A DNA stretch of 64,000 nt, from positions 512,001 to 576,000 of the forward strand of contig CAVSIV010000006.1 in the NCBI GenBank assembly GCA_963728205.1, written 5' to 3'. A program made the translations under genes and the position numbers. Every line of letters begins with the position of its first letter. The stretch's first letter is position 1. Shown here one piece after another: positions 48,920 through 58,271 of this stretch. A model generated the notes under the pieces. It had not been told where the DNA came from. It ran no database searches and saw only the letters and a program-made list of their open reading frames with translations. Source of the stretch: an uncultured Chloroflexia bacterium (GTDB taxonomy: Bacteria > Chloroflexota > Dehalococcoidia > UBA2979).

Positions 48920-49804
48920 ATGTCGACCTGGTGGAAGTACGCGACCGTCGCGGCACTGCTCGCGGTCGCCCTGGTCTCCGCGACCGTGCTGGTCTCGCAC
49001 GAGAGCACCCACAGCGGCACGCCGCTGGCGCGCTCGCTCACGGGCGCGCCGCACGGCTCGCAGGCAGCGGCCCCCGCCACCGGCGCCGCACGCGCCGACA
49101 GCGCCGGCAGCGCCGGCAGCGCCGCGAACGCGACCTCGGTCGCGGCCGGCCTGCTCGACGCGCCGACCGCCGTGGTCGGCGAGCTCGACGCGGGCGGCGA
49201 CGCGACTCCCGTCGCGAGCGCACACCCGGCGACGCGCGCCGCCGCGACCGCCGCCGCGCAGGCGGCCACCGCCGGCGCAACCGCGTCGGCATCGGCCGGC
49301 TCGCGCGGCGAGGCCACCAGTCGCGCGCCCGCCGCCGTCGCGTCGCACGACGAGCCGTCCGGCGCGATCGCGCGGCTGCTCGCGCCGGCAGCAGGCATCG
49401 ACGCCCCGGTCGTGCTCGGCGGCGTCGACGCGAACACGCACCTGATGGTCGCGCCACGCGGCCCGTGGGTCGTGGCGTGGTACGGCTACAGCGCGGTGCC
49501 GGGCCAGGGCGGCAACGCCGTCTTCGCCGGGCACGTCGACTACGTCAACGTCGGCGAGGCCGTGTTCTGGAACCTGCGCGACCTGCAGCCGGGCGACCGC
49601 ATCGCGGTGCAGCTGGCCGACGGCCGGACGCTCGACTACCGCGTGCAGTTCAATCGCGTGTACGGCGCGTCGTCCGGCCCGTGGACGACCCTCTTCAGCC
49701 CGTCCGCCGGCAACGACGTGATCACGCTCTACACGTGCGACGGCACGTTCCACGACGGCGAGTACTCGTCGCGGCGCGTCGTGCGGGCCGTGCGCGACGG
49801 CTGA
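48920..49804 (+). CDS. Class F sortase 1
   Basis: GNAVFAGHVDY, TLYTC and RRVVRA (His/Cys/Arg triad); N-terminal TM helix. Confidence 0.93.
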   Translation: MSTWWKYATVAALLAVALVSATVLVSHESTHSGTPLARSLTGAPHGSQAAAPATGAARADSAGSAGSAANATSVAAGLLDAPTAVVGELDAGGDATPVASAHPATRAAATAAAQAATAGATASASAGSRGEATSRAPAAVASHDEPSGAIARLLAPAAGIDAPVVLGGVDANTHLMVAPRGPWVVAWYGYSAVPGQGGNAVFAGHVDYVNVGEAVFWNLRDLQPGDRIAVQLADGRTLDYRVQFNRVYGASSGPWTTLFSPSAGNDVITLYTCDGTFHDGEYSSRRVVRAVRDG

Positions 49805-49922
49805 TCGCTCCGCCCCCGCACCGCGCGCGGCGGGCGTCGCCATGCGGGCCGCAGCCCGCACGATCTCACGCGCACGTCACCGCACGCGCCCGGCGCCGCG
49901 CGGTGTCCTCCGCCGGGGCCCG

Positions 49923-49936
49923 TCACGAATTCGTGA
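49923..49936. promoter_or_regulatory. Perfect 14-bp palindrome, candidate operator
   Basis: TCACGAATTCGTGA in the AT-richer spacer upstream of sortase 2. Confidence 0.4.
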
Positions 49937-50074
49937 TAGGCATGGTTCCCCCGATGGATTCAGTCGAGTCGCCGGTGATACGACTCTGTAACCACAGGCG
50001 CGGTCGATGCTGGCCCTCGTGGCTCGCCTGCCCCGTCTAGCCGTCCGGAACTCGCACTGCTGCTGGGGACTGCC

Positions 50075-50923
50075 TTGATCCGCACTCGCCTCTCGGCCGC
50101 GCTTCGCGCGCGCGCCCCCTTCACCATCGCGTCCACCCTGCTCCTCGTTGCGCTCGGCCTGCTGGCGGCCTGCGGTCCGTCCAGCGGCGTCGCCGCGACC
50201 GGTGTCCCGGCCACCGCCACGCCGGAGGCCGTCGTCGTCGCCGCACCGGCGATCGCGGCACGCGGCGAGATCGACGGCGGCGCCGAGGCGCCCCCCACCG
50301 CGACCGGCGCGAGCGTGCGCGGCTCGCTCGCCCGCGTCGCCGCCCAGGATGCCGTCGAGCACATCGCCGCCATCGCGCAACAGCGCGAGCAGGCGCTCGC
50401 GCAGAAGGTGGTCACCGGCGACCCGCACTTCACGACGTACAGCGACGCCCACGACCTCGCGCCGTCCGACACACCAGACCCCGTCGTCGAACGCATCCAG
50501 ATGCCGGCGGCCGGCATCGACACGCGCGTCGTGACCGGCTGGATCAGCTCGCAGAAGAACGTCATGCTCGCGCCGCGCGGCCCCTGGCCGATCGCGTGGT
50601 ACGGCTACAGCGCCGTCCCCGGCCACGGCGGCAACGCGGTCTTCGCCGGCCACTACGACTACGTCAACGTCGGCTCGGCCGCGCTCGGCAACCTCTACAA
50701 GATGCAGCCTGGCGACACGATCCAGATCGTGATGACCGACGGCACGGTCCTCACCTACCGCGTCGCCTGGAATCGCACGTACTCGCGCAACGACGGTCCG
50801 TGGACGACGATCTTCAGCCCCCACGACGGCAACAACGTGATCACCGTCTACACGTGCTCCGGCAACTTCGTCGGCGGCGACTACAGCAACCGCCGCGTCG
50901 TGCGCGCCGTGCGCGTGGGGTAG
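50075..50923 (+). CDS. Class F sortase 2 (lipoprotein)
   Basis: LLAA-C lipobox; GNAVFAGHYDY, TVYTC and RRVVRA motifs. Confidence 0.92.
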   Translation: MIRTRLSAALRARAPFTIASTLLLVALGLLAACGPSSGVAATGVPATATPEAVVVAAPAIAARGEIDGGAEAPPTATGASVRGSLARVAAQDAVEHIAAIAQQREQALAQKVVTGDPHFTTYSDAHDLAPSDTPDPVVERIQMPAAGIDTRVVTGWISSQKNVMLAPRGPWPIAWYGYSAVPGHGGNAVFAGHYDYVNVGSAALGNLYKMQPGDTIQIVMTDGTVLTYRVAWNRTYSRNDGPWTTIFSPHDGNNVITVYTCSGNFVGGDYSNRRVVRAVRVG

Positions 50924-51070
50924 GCGGAACGGGGGCGCACGGGTTGGCGGGCGACGCCGCTATCCCCTGCGCGCCACGAGTGATATCGAATGAGCGCCCG
51001 TTTCCGCGGGCGACATCGGCGGGGATGCAGCGCGTGACTGCGTGAGTCCGCGCCCGCCGGGGATCGCCGC

Positions 51071-51949
51071 ATGCGGAAGCAACTCGAGATCGTCCTGGTC
51101 GTGTTGATTGTGGTCGCGCTCGGCGCCGGGGTACTAGCGTCGCGCGGGCTCGTGCATGCGGGCGCGCACGAGCAGCGCGTGCTCGTCGAGCGGTCGGCCA
51201 CCGCCGCCCGCGCCGGCACGCCGGCGGAGGCGTCTGCGGCTGCGTCGGTCGTCTCCACCGGCGCCGAGATGGGCATCTCGATCGCACCGAGCGCGCGACG
51301 CCACGGCGGCGAGATCGACGCCGGCGGCGCGGCCACCGCTCCTCGCGCCGCGCTCACGGTCGCCTACGCGCGCGCGCTGATCGCGAGCGCGAGCGCCGCG
51401 GGGCCGAACGGCATCACCGGCGCCCAGGCCGGCGGCGGCGACGGTTACGTCACGAGCAACGCCGCCACCAATCCGCACGGCCTCGCGCCGTCCGACACGC
51501 CCAGCCCGATCGTCTCGCGCATCCGCGTCCCGGTCGCCGGCATCGACGCCGAGGTCGACACGGGCTACGTCGACCGCGGCACGAACGCCATGCTCGCCCC
51601 GCGCGGTCCGTGGGTCGTCGACTGGTACCCGTACAGCGCCGTCCCCGGCACGGGCGGCAACGCCGTGTTCGCCGGCCACGTCGACTACATCAACATCGGC
51701 GGCGCCGTGTTCTGGCACCTGCGCGACCTCGGCCCCGGCGACCACATCGAGATCACGCTCGCCGACGGCTCCGTGCTGACCTACGCGGTGGAGTACAACC
51801 GGCTCTACTCGGCGGCGTCGGGCCCGTGGAACGAGCTGTTCAACCCGGGCGCCGGCCACGACGTGCTGACCATCTACACCTGCGACGGCAACTTCGTGGG
51901 CGGCGACTACTCGAGCCGCCGCGTAGTGCGGGGCACTCGCGTGCGGTGA
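51071..51949 (+). CDS. Class F sortase 3
   Basis: N-terminal TM helix; GNAVFAGHVDY, TIYTC and RRVVRG motifs. Confidence 0.93.
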   Translation: MRKQLEIVLVVLIVVALGAGVLASRGLVHAGAHEQRVLVERSATAARAGTPAEASAAASVVSTGAEMGISIAPSARRHGGEIDAGGAATAPRAALTVAYARALIASASAAGPNGITGAQAGGGDGYVTSNAATNPHGLAPSDTPSPIVSRIRVPVAGIDAEVDTGYVDRGTNAMLAPRGPWVVDWYPYSAVPGTGGNAVFAGHVDYINIGGAVFWHLRDLGPGDHIEITLADGSVLTYAVEYNRLYSAASGPWNELFNPGAGHDVLTIYTCDGNFVGGDYSSRRVVRGTRVR

Positions 51950-51979
51950 TTTCCGCGCTCGCGCCGGCGGCAGCTGTTG

Positions 51980-52641
51980 CTGCCGCCGGCTGAATCCTCC
52001 TCCGCCCGCGTCAGCTTGCGCTGGGCACGGGCTCCGTCGGCGCGCGGTCGGCAGGAACATGCCACCGGTCAGGCCGGCGGTCGGTCGACCGGGGCCGGGT
52101 CGCGCGGCTGGCGCCGGCGCTCGCGTCGCGCCGCAGTTCCGCGGAACGATATGAGGAAGTCGAGCGATCCGCGCAAGCCGCCGCGGGCGCGAGCGCGGCA
52201 GAGCAAGCCACTTTGCCCAACCGCGCGCCGACGGAGGCCGTGCCCAGCGCCAGCTGACGCGGCCGGAGGAGGATCTAGCCCGCGGCCGCGCAAGCTGCCG
52301 CGGGCGCGAGCGCGGCACACCCAGCCACTTCGCGCCGACCGCGCGCCGACGGAGGCCGTGCCCAGCGCCAGCTGACGCGGCCGGAGGAGGATCTAGCCCG
52401 CGGCCGCGCAAGCTGCCGCGGGCGCGAGCGCGGGAAACACGGAGGCCGTGCCCAGCGCCAGCTGACGCGGCCGGAGGAGGATCTAGCCCGCGGCCGCGCA
52501 AGCTGCCGCGGGCGCGAGCGCGGCACACCCAGCCACTTCGCGCCGACCGCGCGCCGACGGAGGCCGCGCCCAGCGCCAGCTGACGCGGCCGGAGGAGGAT
52601 CTAGCCCGCGGCCGCGCAAGCTGCCGCGGGCGCGAGCGCGG
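51980..52641. repeat. Tandem repeat with 118/90-bp period (four ~85-bp cores) plus one inverted degenerate copy
   Basis: Core ACGGAGGCCGTGCCCAGCGCCAGCTGACGCGGCCGGAGGAGGATCTAG... starts at 52231, 52349, 52439 and 52557; inverted copy at about 51980-52052. Confidence 0.9.
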
Positions 52642-52694
52642 AAAGAACAAGCGCGCTAGCCGGGGACGGCGGACGCCGTCCCCGGCTAGCGCGC
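52641..52694 (-). terminator. Intrinsic terminator of the amt-P-II operon
   Basis: Perfect 20-bp stem, 4-nt loop, followed by UUGUUCUUUC on the minus strand. Confidence 0.85.
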
Positions 52695-52697
52695 GAA

Positions 52698-53036
52698 TTA
52701 CAGCGCCTCGTTCCCCCGTTCCCCGGTGCGGATCCGGATCACGTCCTCGACGTCGATGACCGCGATCTTGCCGTCGCCGATCGCGCCGGTGCGCGCGGTC
52801 TGCTCAATCGTCGAGATCACGGTCGGCGCGTGCGCGTCGTCCGTGAGCACCTCGATGCGTACCTTCGGCACGAAGGCCACCTCGTACTCGTTGCCGCGGT
52901 AGGTCTCCGTGTGCCCGGCCTGGCGGCCGAAGCCCTCGATCGCGCTGGCCGACAGTCCACTCACGCCCGCCTCGCGGAGCGCGTCGCGGATGTCGTCGAG
53001 CTTGAACGGGTTCACGTAGGCGATGATGAGCTTCAC
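52698..53036 (-). CDS. glnB: P-II nitrogen regulator (GlnB/GlnK)
   Basis: PFKLDDI, GFGRQ.GHTETYRG.EY, TGAIGDGKI and RIRTGE motifs. Confidence 0.95.
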   Translation of the reverse strand: MKLIIAYVNPFKLDDIRDALREAGVSGLSASAIEGFGRQAGHTETYRGNEYEVAFVPKVRIEVLTDDAHAPTVISTIEQTARTGAIGDGKIAVIDVEDVIRIRTGERGNEAL

Positions 53037-53046
53037 GCGTCTCTCC

Positions 53047-54708
53047 CTACGCCCGCACGGCCGCGCTGGCCGGGTGCATCGCACCCGGGACGCCCATGCC
53101 GTCCGTGTGGTAGCCCGGCAGGCCGAGCTCGGGGATGTCGAGGCCCTCGAGCTCCATCGCCTCCGGCACGCGGTTCCCGCCGATCACCCGGTCGAGGACC
53201 TTGAAGAAGACCCACGCGGTGCCGAACGCCCACACGAAGCAGACGATCATGCCGATCAGCTGCGCGACCAACTGCCCGGCGTCGCCGAAGAAGAGGCCCT
53301 TCGGCGCGAGCCCGCCGTAGTTCATCGTGCCGTCGGCGAAGAGGCCGACGCACAGCTGACCGAACGCGCCGTTCACGCCGTGGACGCTGATGGCGCCCAC
53401 CGGGTCGTCGATCTTCAGCACGCGGTCGACGAAGTTGACCGACCACACGACGAGCACGCCGGCGATCACGCCGATCAGCACGCCGATGTACGGGCTCACG
53501 AAGCCGCTGGGTGCGGTGATCGCGACCAGGCCGGCGAGCAGGCCGTTGATCGACATGCCCGGGTCCGGCTTGCCCTGCGTCCACCACGTGTAGGCCATCG
53601 CGCTCACCGCGCCGCCGGCCGAGGCGAGCATCGTCGTCGTCGCGATGATCCCGATGCGCAGGTTGCCGTTGCCGGCCGCGCCGAGCGTCGAGCCCGGGTT
53701 GAAGCCGAACCAGCCGAACGCCAGGATCAGCGTTCCCAGCACCGCGATCACGATGTTGTGGCCCGGGATCGCGTTGCTCGTCCCGTCCTTGTTGTACTTC
53801 CCGATGCGCGGCCCGAGGACGAGCGCCCCGGCCAGGCCGGTCCAGCCACCGACCGCGTGCACGACGCCGCTGCCGGCGAAGTCCAGGTACCCCGCGCCGA
53901 AGCCCTTGGCGCCGAGCTGCGACAGCCAGCCGCCGCCCCAGACCCAGTTGCCGAACACCGGGTAGATGATGATCGAGACGAAGAACCCGTAGCAGACGAA
54001 CGACAGCCATCGCCACCGCTCGGCCATCGCGCCGGTGGGGATCGTGGCGGTGGTGTCCATGAACACCATCTCGAACAGGAAGAGGACGGCAACCCCGACG
54101 TCATATGAGGTGCCGGACAGGAAGAATCCCTTGTAGCCGAACAGGCCCCAGTCGACGCCGGCGAGGTGGACGGTGAATTCCTTGTTCAGGACCGCCAGCC
54201 CTCCGAGGTTCCCCACCCCGACGAGCCCCACGCCGCCCATCTGGATCGCGAAGCCCGCGATCCAGTAGCCGAGCATGCCGATGCCGTACACCATGTAGTT
54301 CATCAGCATGACGTGCATGGCGTTCTTCGCGCGGCAGAACCCGGTCTCGACCAGCGCGAAGCCGGCCTGCATGAACATGACCAGGTAGCCGGTCACGAGC
54401 ACCCACGTGAAGTTGATGCCGAGGCGGTTCTGGTCGACCAGGTCGGCCAGCTTCACCGCGAACGGCTCGGACTTCATCGCGGCGTTGTAGTCGTCTTGCG
54501 TGATCGTGCCCGGCGCGACGCCGACGAGGTTCGAGCCCGAGCTGGTCGTCAGACCGGACTGGTCAGCCTTGGGCGCCGTCGTGGGACCGTCGGCGTGGGC
54601 CACCCCGCTGCCCGCCACGAAGGCCAGGGCGAACGCGGCGACGAACACCGGCAGCACGACGAGCGCGAGGCGGCGCAGGGACAGCTGCGTCAACAGGCGA
54701 GCCACCAT
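53047..54708 (-). CDS. amt: Ammonium transporter
   Basis: FMQAGFALVETG, DFAGSGVVH, FGWFGFNPGS and DDPVGAISVHG motifs. Confidence 0.96.
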   Translation of the reverse strand: MVARLLTQLSLRRLALVVLPVFVAAFALAFVAGSGVAHADGPTTAPKADQSGLTTSSGSNLVGVAPGTITQDDYNAAMKSEPFAVKLADLVDQNRLGINFTWVLVTGYLVMFMQAGFALVETGFCRAKNAMHVMLMNYMVYGIGMLGYWIAGFAIQMGGVGLVGVGNLGGLAVLNKEFTVHLAGVDWGLFGYKGFFLSGTSYDVGVAVLFLFEMVFMDTTATIPTGAMAERWRWLSFVCYGFFVSIIIYPVFGNWVWGGGWLSQLGAKGFGAGYLDFAGSGVVHAVGGWTGLAGALVLGPRIGKYNKDGTSNAIPGHNIVIAVLGTLILAFGWFGFNPGSTLGAAGNGNLRIGIIATTTMLASAGGAVSAMAYTWWTQGKPDPGMSINGLLAGLVAITAPSGFVSPYIGVLIGVIAGVLVVWSVNFVDRVLKIDDPVGAISVHGVNGAFGQLCVGLFADGTMNYGGLAPKGLFFGDAGQLVAQLIGMIVCFVWAFGTAWVFFKVLDRVIGGNRVPEAMELEGLDIPELGLPGYHTDGMGVPGAMHPASAAVRA

Positions 54709-54764
54709 TCGATGTGTTTCTCCTACTGCACTTCGGGATGGGGCGAACGAGTCCTGTCTCTGGC

Positions 54765-55367
54765 TCACCCTTCCTTTCCATGCGCCCCGCGCGCGCCACT
54801 CGCCTGCGCTCCGCGTGCGCCACTTGGATGCGCTCCGCGCGGGCCCTTGCGAGAGCCACGCGTGCCGCGTCCAGGTGCCGCGCTCGGCGCCGCGGGGGCG
54901 GCGCTCCGTCCGGCACGTGGGGCGCGCGGGAGGTGGACGACCCGGAGCGCTTCCTCGCGGTGCGCACCGAGGAGGGGGATGTCGAGGTTTCGCATGCCCG
55001 GGACGGCGACGAATCGCACGCCGCGCGGCGTCGTCTCGACGGCTTCGAAGTCGCCGAGCGGGCGGTACACGACGTTGTTCACGGCGAGGCCGCTCGTCAT
55101 CACGCGCAGCCGCACGGGGATCGTGAGGATGCCGACGGTCGCGAGGATCACGACGAGCTCGGCGACGGGCGATACGAGCCCGCCGGCCGCCGTCAGCAGC
55201 AGCACGACGCCGATCGCGTAGACGTTCTTGCGCTGGAGCAGCGTGCGCTCGCGGAAGGTGAGGGCAATCTGGCGGACCTCGCGGCCCTCGACCTTCGCGC
55301 CGATGGGGAGCATCACCCGCATCAGCATCATCCCGAGCATCAGGGCGAACAGCAGCAGGACGGCCAT
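54765..55367 (-). CDS. Hypothetical membrane protein (about 3 TM plus a small soluble domain)
   Basis: Hydrophobic segments; TGATG coupling to the upstream gene. Confidence 0.7.
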   Translation of the reverse strand: MAVLLLFALMLGMMLMRVMLPIGAKVEGREVRQIALTFRERTLLQRKNVYAIGVVLLLTAAGGLVSPVAELVVILATVGILTIPVRLRVMTSGLAVNNVVYRPLGDFEAVETTPRGVRFVAVPGMRNLDIPLLGAHREEALRVVHLPRAPRAGRSAAPAAPSAAPGRGTRGSRKGPRGAHPSGARGAQASGARGAHGKEG

Positions 55368-55993
55368 CAGGCTCCCCTTTCCTCGACGGCGGCGGCCGCG
55401 CCGGCAAGCCGGTCGCGACGCCGCCGCTCGCGCTTGGTCTGGAACAGGCGCTGCACGGCGCGCCCGATCGACGCGAAGCCCCCGGCGGCCTCGACGCCGC
55501 CGAACTCCGCCTTCGCGTGCTCGCGCAGCAGCGTGAGCGCCCGGCGCAGGTGTGCCTCGAGCGCCGGGTCGCTGCCGTCGCAGTCGTGGAGCGCCTGCCG
55601 CAGCTCGGCGCGTGCGCGCGGCGTCACGCCGAGGCGCAGCCAGTAGTCGCCGAGCTGGAGCCGCGCGAAGGGCGAACGCGGGTCGATCTCGAGCGCGCGG
55701 TCGATCAGCGCGCGCGCCTCCTCGACCTCGAGCCGCAGCAGCGCGACGTGCGCCTGCAGCGCCAGGAGGTCGACGTCGTCCGGCGCGGCGGTCAGCGCCG
55801 CGTCGAGCAGCGCCTGCGCGCCGTCGAGGTCGTCGCGCCGCAGCAGCGCCTCGACGCGCGTGCGCAGCGGCTCGGCGGCGGCGGCGGACGGCGACGCGGC
55901 GAGCGGCGCCCCGCAGTGCGCGCAGAAGCGGGCGGCCGGCGCGCGGGCGCTCCCGCACGCCGGGCAAAACGGGAGATCGGTGCCTGCGGTCAT
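55367..55993 (-). CDS. Zinc-ribbon plus TPR protein
   Basis: CPACG...FCAHCG; AL..DP TPR-like helices; GGAGG SD. Confidence 0.8.
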   Translation of the reverse strand: MTAGTDLPFCPACGSARAPAARFCAHCGAPLAASPSAAAAEPLRTRVEALLRRDDLDGAQALLDAALTAAPDDVDLLALQAHVALLRLEVEEARALIDRALEIDPRSPFARLQLGDYWLRLGVTPRARAELRQALHDCDGSDPALEAHLRRALTLLREHAKAEFGGVEAAGGFASIGRAVQRLFQTKRERRRRDRLAGAAAAVEERGA

Positions 55994-56312
55994 CGTTCCC
56001 TCCCCGTCGGATGCGGGATCCCGCGATCCCGCGATGCGATGTGTCTCGGTGTGCTTCTCCCGCGTCGGGCAGCACGCATCCAGCCCGACTCATTGCCGAG
56101 AGAAGACGACAGCGGAGAGTGCTCCGCAGTGTCGCGGTCAGATGTAGGACTGCTGTGCGGTACGAACCGTCAGATAACCGAGGCTGGCATCCGTTCTTTC
56201 CGGCGGTGGGAGGGCCGGGAATGCCGACAGTTGTAGGAGCCGCGTGTGTCGTCGAGGTTTCGCACCGGTTTCACCGGGGATAAATCCGTGCTTCGGGATG
56301 GACGGTTCGCGT

Positions 56313-56512
56313 CGATCCCGTCGCTTCCGCTCCGGGCTCGAACCGGCTTCGGGGGGCGACGTCGGGCCGATCCCGTCGCTTCCGCTCCGGGCTCGAACCG
56401 GCTTCGGGGGGCGACGTCGGGCCGATCCCGTCGCTTCGGCTCCGGGCTCGAACCGGCTTCGGGGGGCGACGTCGGGCCGATCCCGTCGCTTCCGCTCCGG
56501 GCTCGAACCGGC
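56313..56512. repeat. 55-bp tandem repeat (about 3.6 copies) with a partial copy at 57524-57558
   Basis: Units start at 56313, 56368, 56423 and 56478. Confidence 0.93.
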
Positions 56513-56535
56513 CATGAGTCCGCTACAGTCGCGGC

Positions 56536-57504
56536 ATGCACATCCTCGTGATGACCGGGATGACCCTTCCCGCCGTCTCCGATGACGACGTCGCGCGCAT
56601 CCGCGACGCCGGCGGCGAGGGCACGCGCGTCACGGTCGTCGACAGCGTCGGCGAGGCCCTCGAGGTTTCGTCCGACGTCGAGGTGGTGATGGGCCGCGTC
56701 ACGCCCGAGCTGTTCCGCGCGGCGCCGCGGCTGCGCTGGGTGCACGCGGTCGTCTCCGGGGTCGACGCGTTCCTCTACCCGGAGATGCGCGCGAGCGACG
56801 TCGTGCTCACGGGCGAGAAGGGGCTCGTCGGCGGGCACCTCGCGGATCACGCGTTCGCGCTGCTGCTCGCGCTCACCCGCGGCGTCGCGCAGGCGGTTCG
56901 CTATGGCGACGCCGCGTGGGACCACCGCATGGAGTTTCGCCGCGCCAACGTCGAACTCGCCGGCATGACCATGGGGATCGTCGGCCTCGGCGGCACCGGC
57001 CGCGAGATCGCACGGCGCGCCGTCGCCTTCGGCATGCGCTGCCGCGCGGTCGACCTCGCGGCGGTCCCGCCCTCGGACGACGTGCCGCTCGTCGCGGGGA
57101 TGGACGCGCTCGATGCGCTGCTCGGCGCGTCGGACGTCGTGGCCGTCTGCTGCCCGCTCACCGACGCGACCCGGGGCCTCTTCGACGCCGCGGCCTTCGC
57201 GCGCATGCGGCCGACCGCGTGGCTCGTGAACGTCACGCGCGGCGGCATCGTCGACGACGCCGCGCTCGTCGATGCGCTCCGCGCCGGCCGCATCGCCGGC
57301 GCGGGGCTCGACGTCGTGCCGGAGGAGCCGCTGCCGCGCGGCCACCCGCTGTGGTCGTTGCCGAACGTGGTGCTGACGCCGCACACCGCCGGCGCGAGCC
57401 AGCTGCGCGCCGGGCGCAACGTCGAGCGCTTCTGCGCGAACCTGCGGCGCTGGCGCGCCGGGGAGCCGCTGATCGGGCTCGTTGATAAGGAGGCGGGGTT
57501 CTAG
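56536..57504 (+). CDS. D-2-hydroxyacid dehydrogenase
   Basis: GIVGLGGTG, NVTRGGIVD, GLDV..EP and TPHTAG motifs. Confidence 0.93.
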   Translation: MHILVMTGMTLPAVSDDDVARIRDAGGEGTRVTVVDSVGEALEVSSDVEVVMGRVTPELFRAAPRLRWVHAVVSGVDAFLYPEMRASDVVLTGEKGLVGGHLADHAFALLLALTRGVAQAVRYGDAAWDHRMEFRRANVELAGMTMGIVGLGGTGREIARRAVAFGMRCRAVDLAAVPPSDDVPLVAGMDALDALLGASDVVAVCCPLTDATRGLFDAAAFARMRPTAWLVNVTRGGIVDDAALVDALRAGRIAGAGLDVVPEEPLPRGHPLWSLPNVVLTPHTAGASQLRAGRNVERFCANLRRWRAGEPLIGLVDKEAGF

Positions 57505-57570
57505 GCCCCCCGGCGATCCGGGGCGATCCCGTCGCTTCCGCTCCGGGCTCGAACCGGCGGCGGGCGCGCG

Positions 57571-57813
57571 CTAGGCGATTTGCTTCGCGAAGCGCTTCAC
57601 CTGCTGGTCGAACTCCCGCGTCGACACGTCCACCAGCGTCTTGCCGTCCTCGTCCGACAGCACCAGCGTCACGAACCCGCCCCCTCCCGTGAACTGCAGG
57701 CCGGCCGCGTCCATCGATGCCTCCAGGCCGAGCCCGCCGTCGCCGAAGAACGCGCGCGCCCGCCGCATCACATCGGTCGGCGACTGCTTCGACGTGACCG
57801 TGAGTCGCAGCAT
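57571..57813 (-). CDS. Small hypothetical protein (80 aa)
   Basis: AAGGAGG SD; FFG..GLGL...F.GGGG.V...TRE.D pattern. Confidence 0.75.
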   Translation of the reverse strand: MLRLTVTSKQSPTDVMRRARAFFGDGGLGLEASMDAAGLQFTGGGGFVTLVLSDEDGKTLVDVSTREFDQQVKRFAKQIA

Positions 57814-58271
57814 GGCCGCCTCCTTCCGCATGAGAGCGTACGCCCGCCGGGCGACGCCGCTGCCGGTCGCCGCCCGCGAGAGAGGTGACGTGATCCGGCG
57901 ACGAAACGACGGACAGCAAGCGCGCGATCCGCGCGAGTGAGGCGTTTGCTGAGCCCGCCGCAATCGGGTGATCTCGAGCCACCGGCCGGCCACATGCCGA
58001 ACCTGCTCGATAAACAGTCGCCGAGCGGGAACCTCCGATGCGAGATTTGCCGGCAGGTTGCAACGAAACCGACACGCCCGCTGGATCGCCCCCCGTGGTG
58101 TCGACGTTTATCATCGTCGTCGGAAGCCACCCGCGTCGTCGCCCGCCGGCGGCCGCCGCGGATGCCCGCTTCCGACTCGATCGCGGGTTTCCGGGCCGGT
58201 CATCACCGTTTGGAGTCGACGGCGGCGCTGCAGCGACGCGTGCCCGGTCGGCGCGTGCAGAGGAGTGGACG

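Noticed and set aside
52169-52641. CRISPR array or protein-coding ORFs
   Set aside because: Plain tandem duplication; the overlapping ORFs are translated repeats
56313-56512. CRISPR array or tRNA genes
   Set aside because: Units are near-identical with no unique spacers; only a T-arm-like hairpin is present, with no cloverleaf
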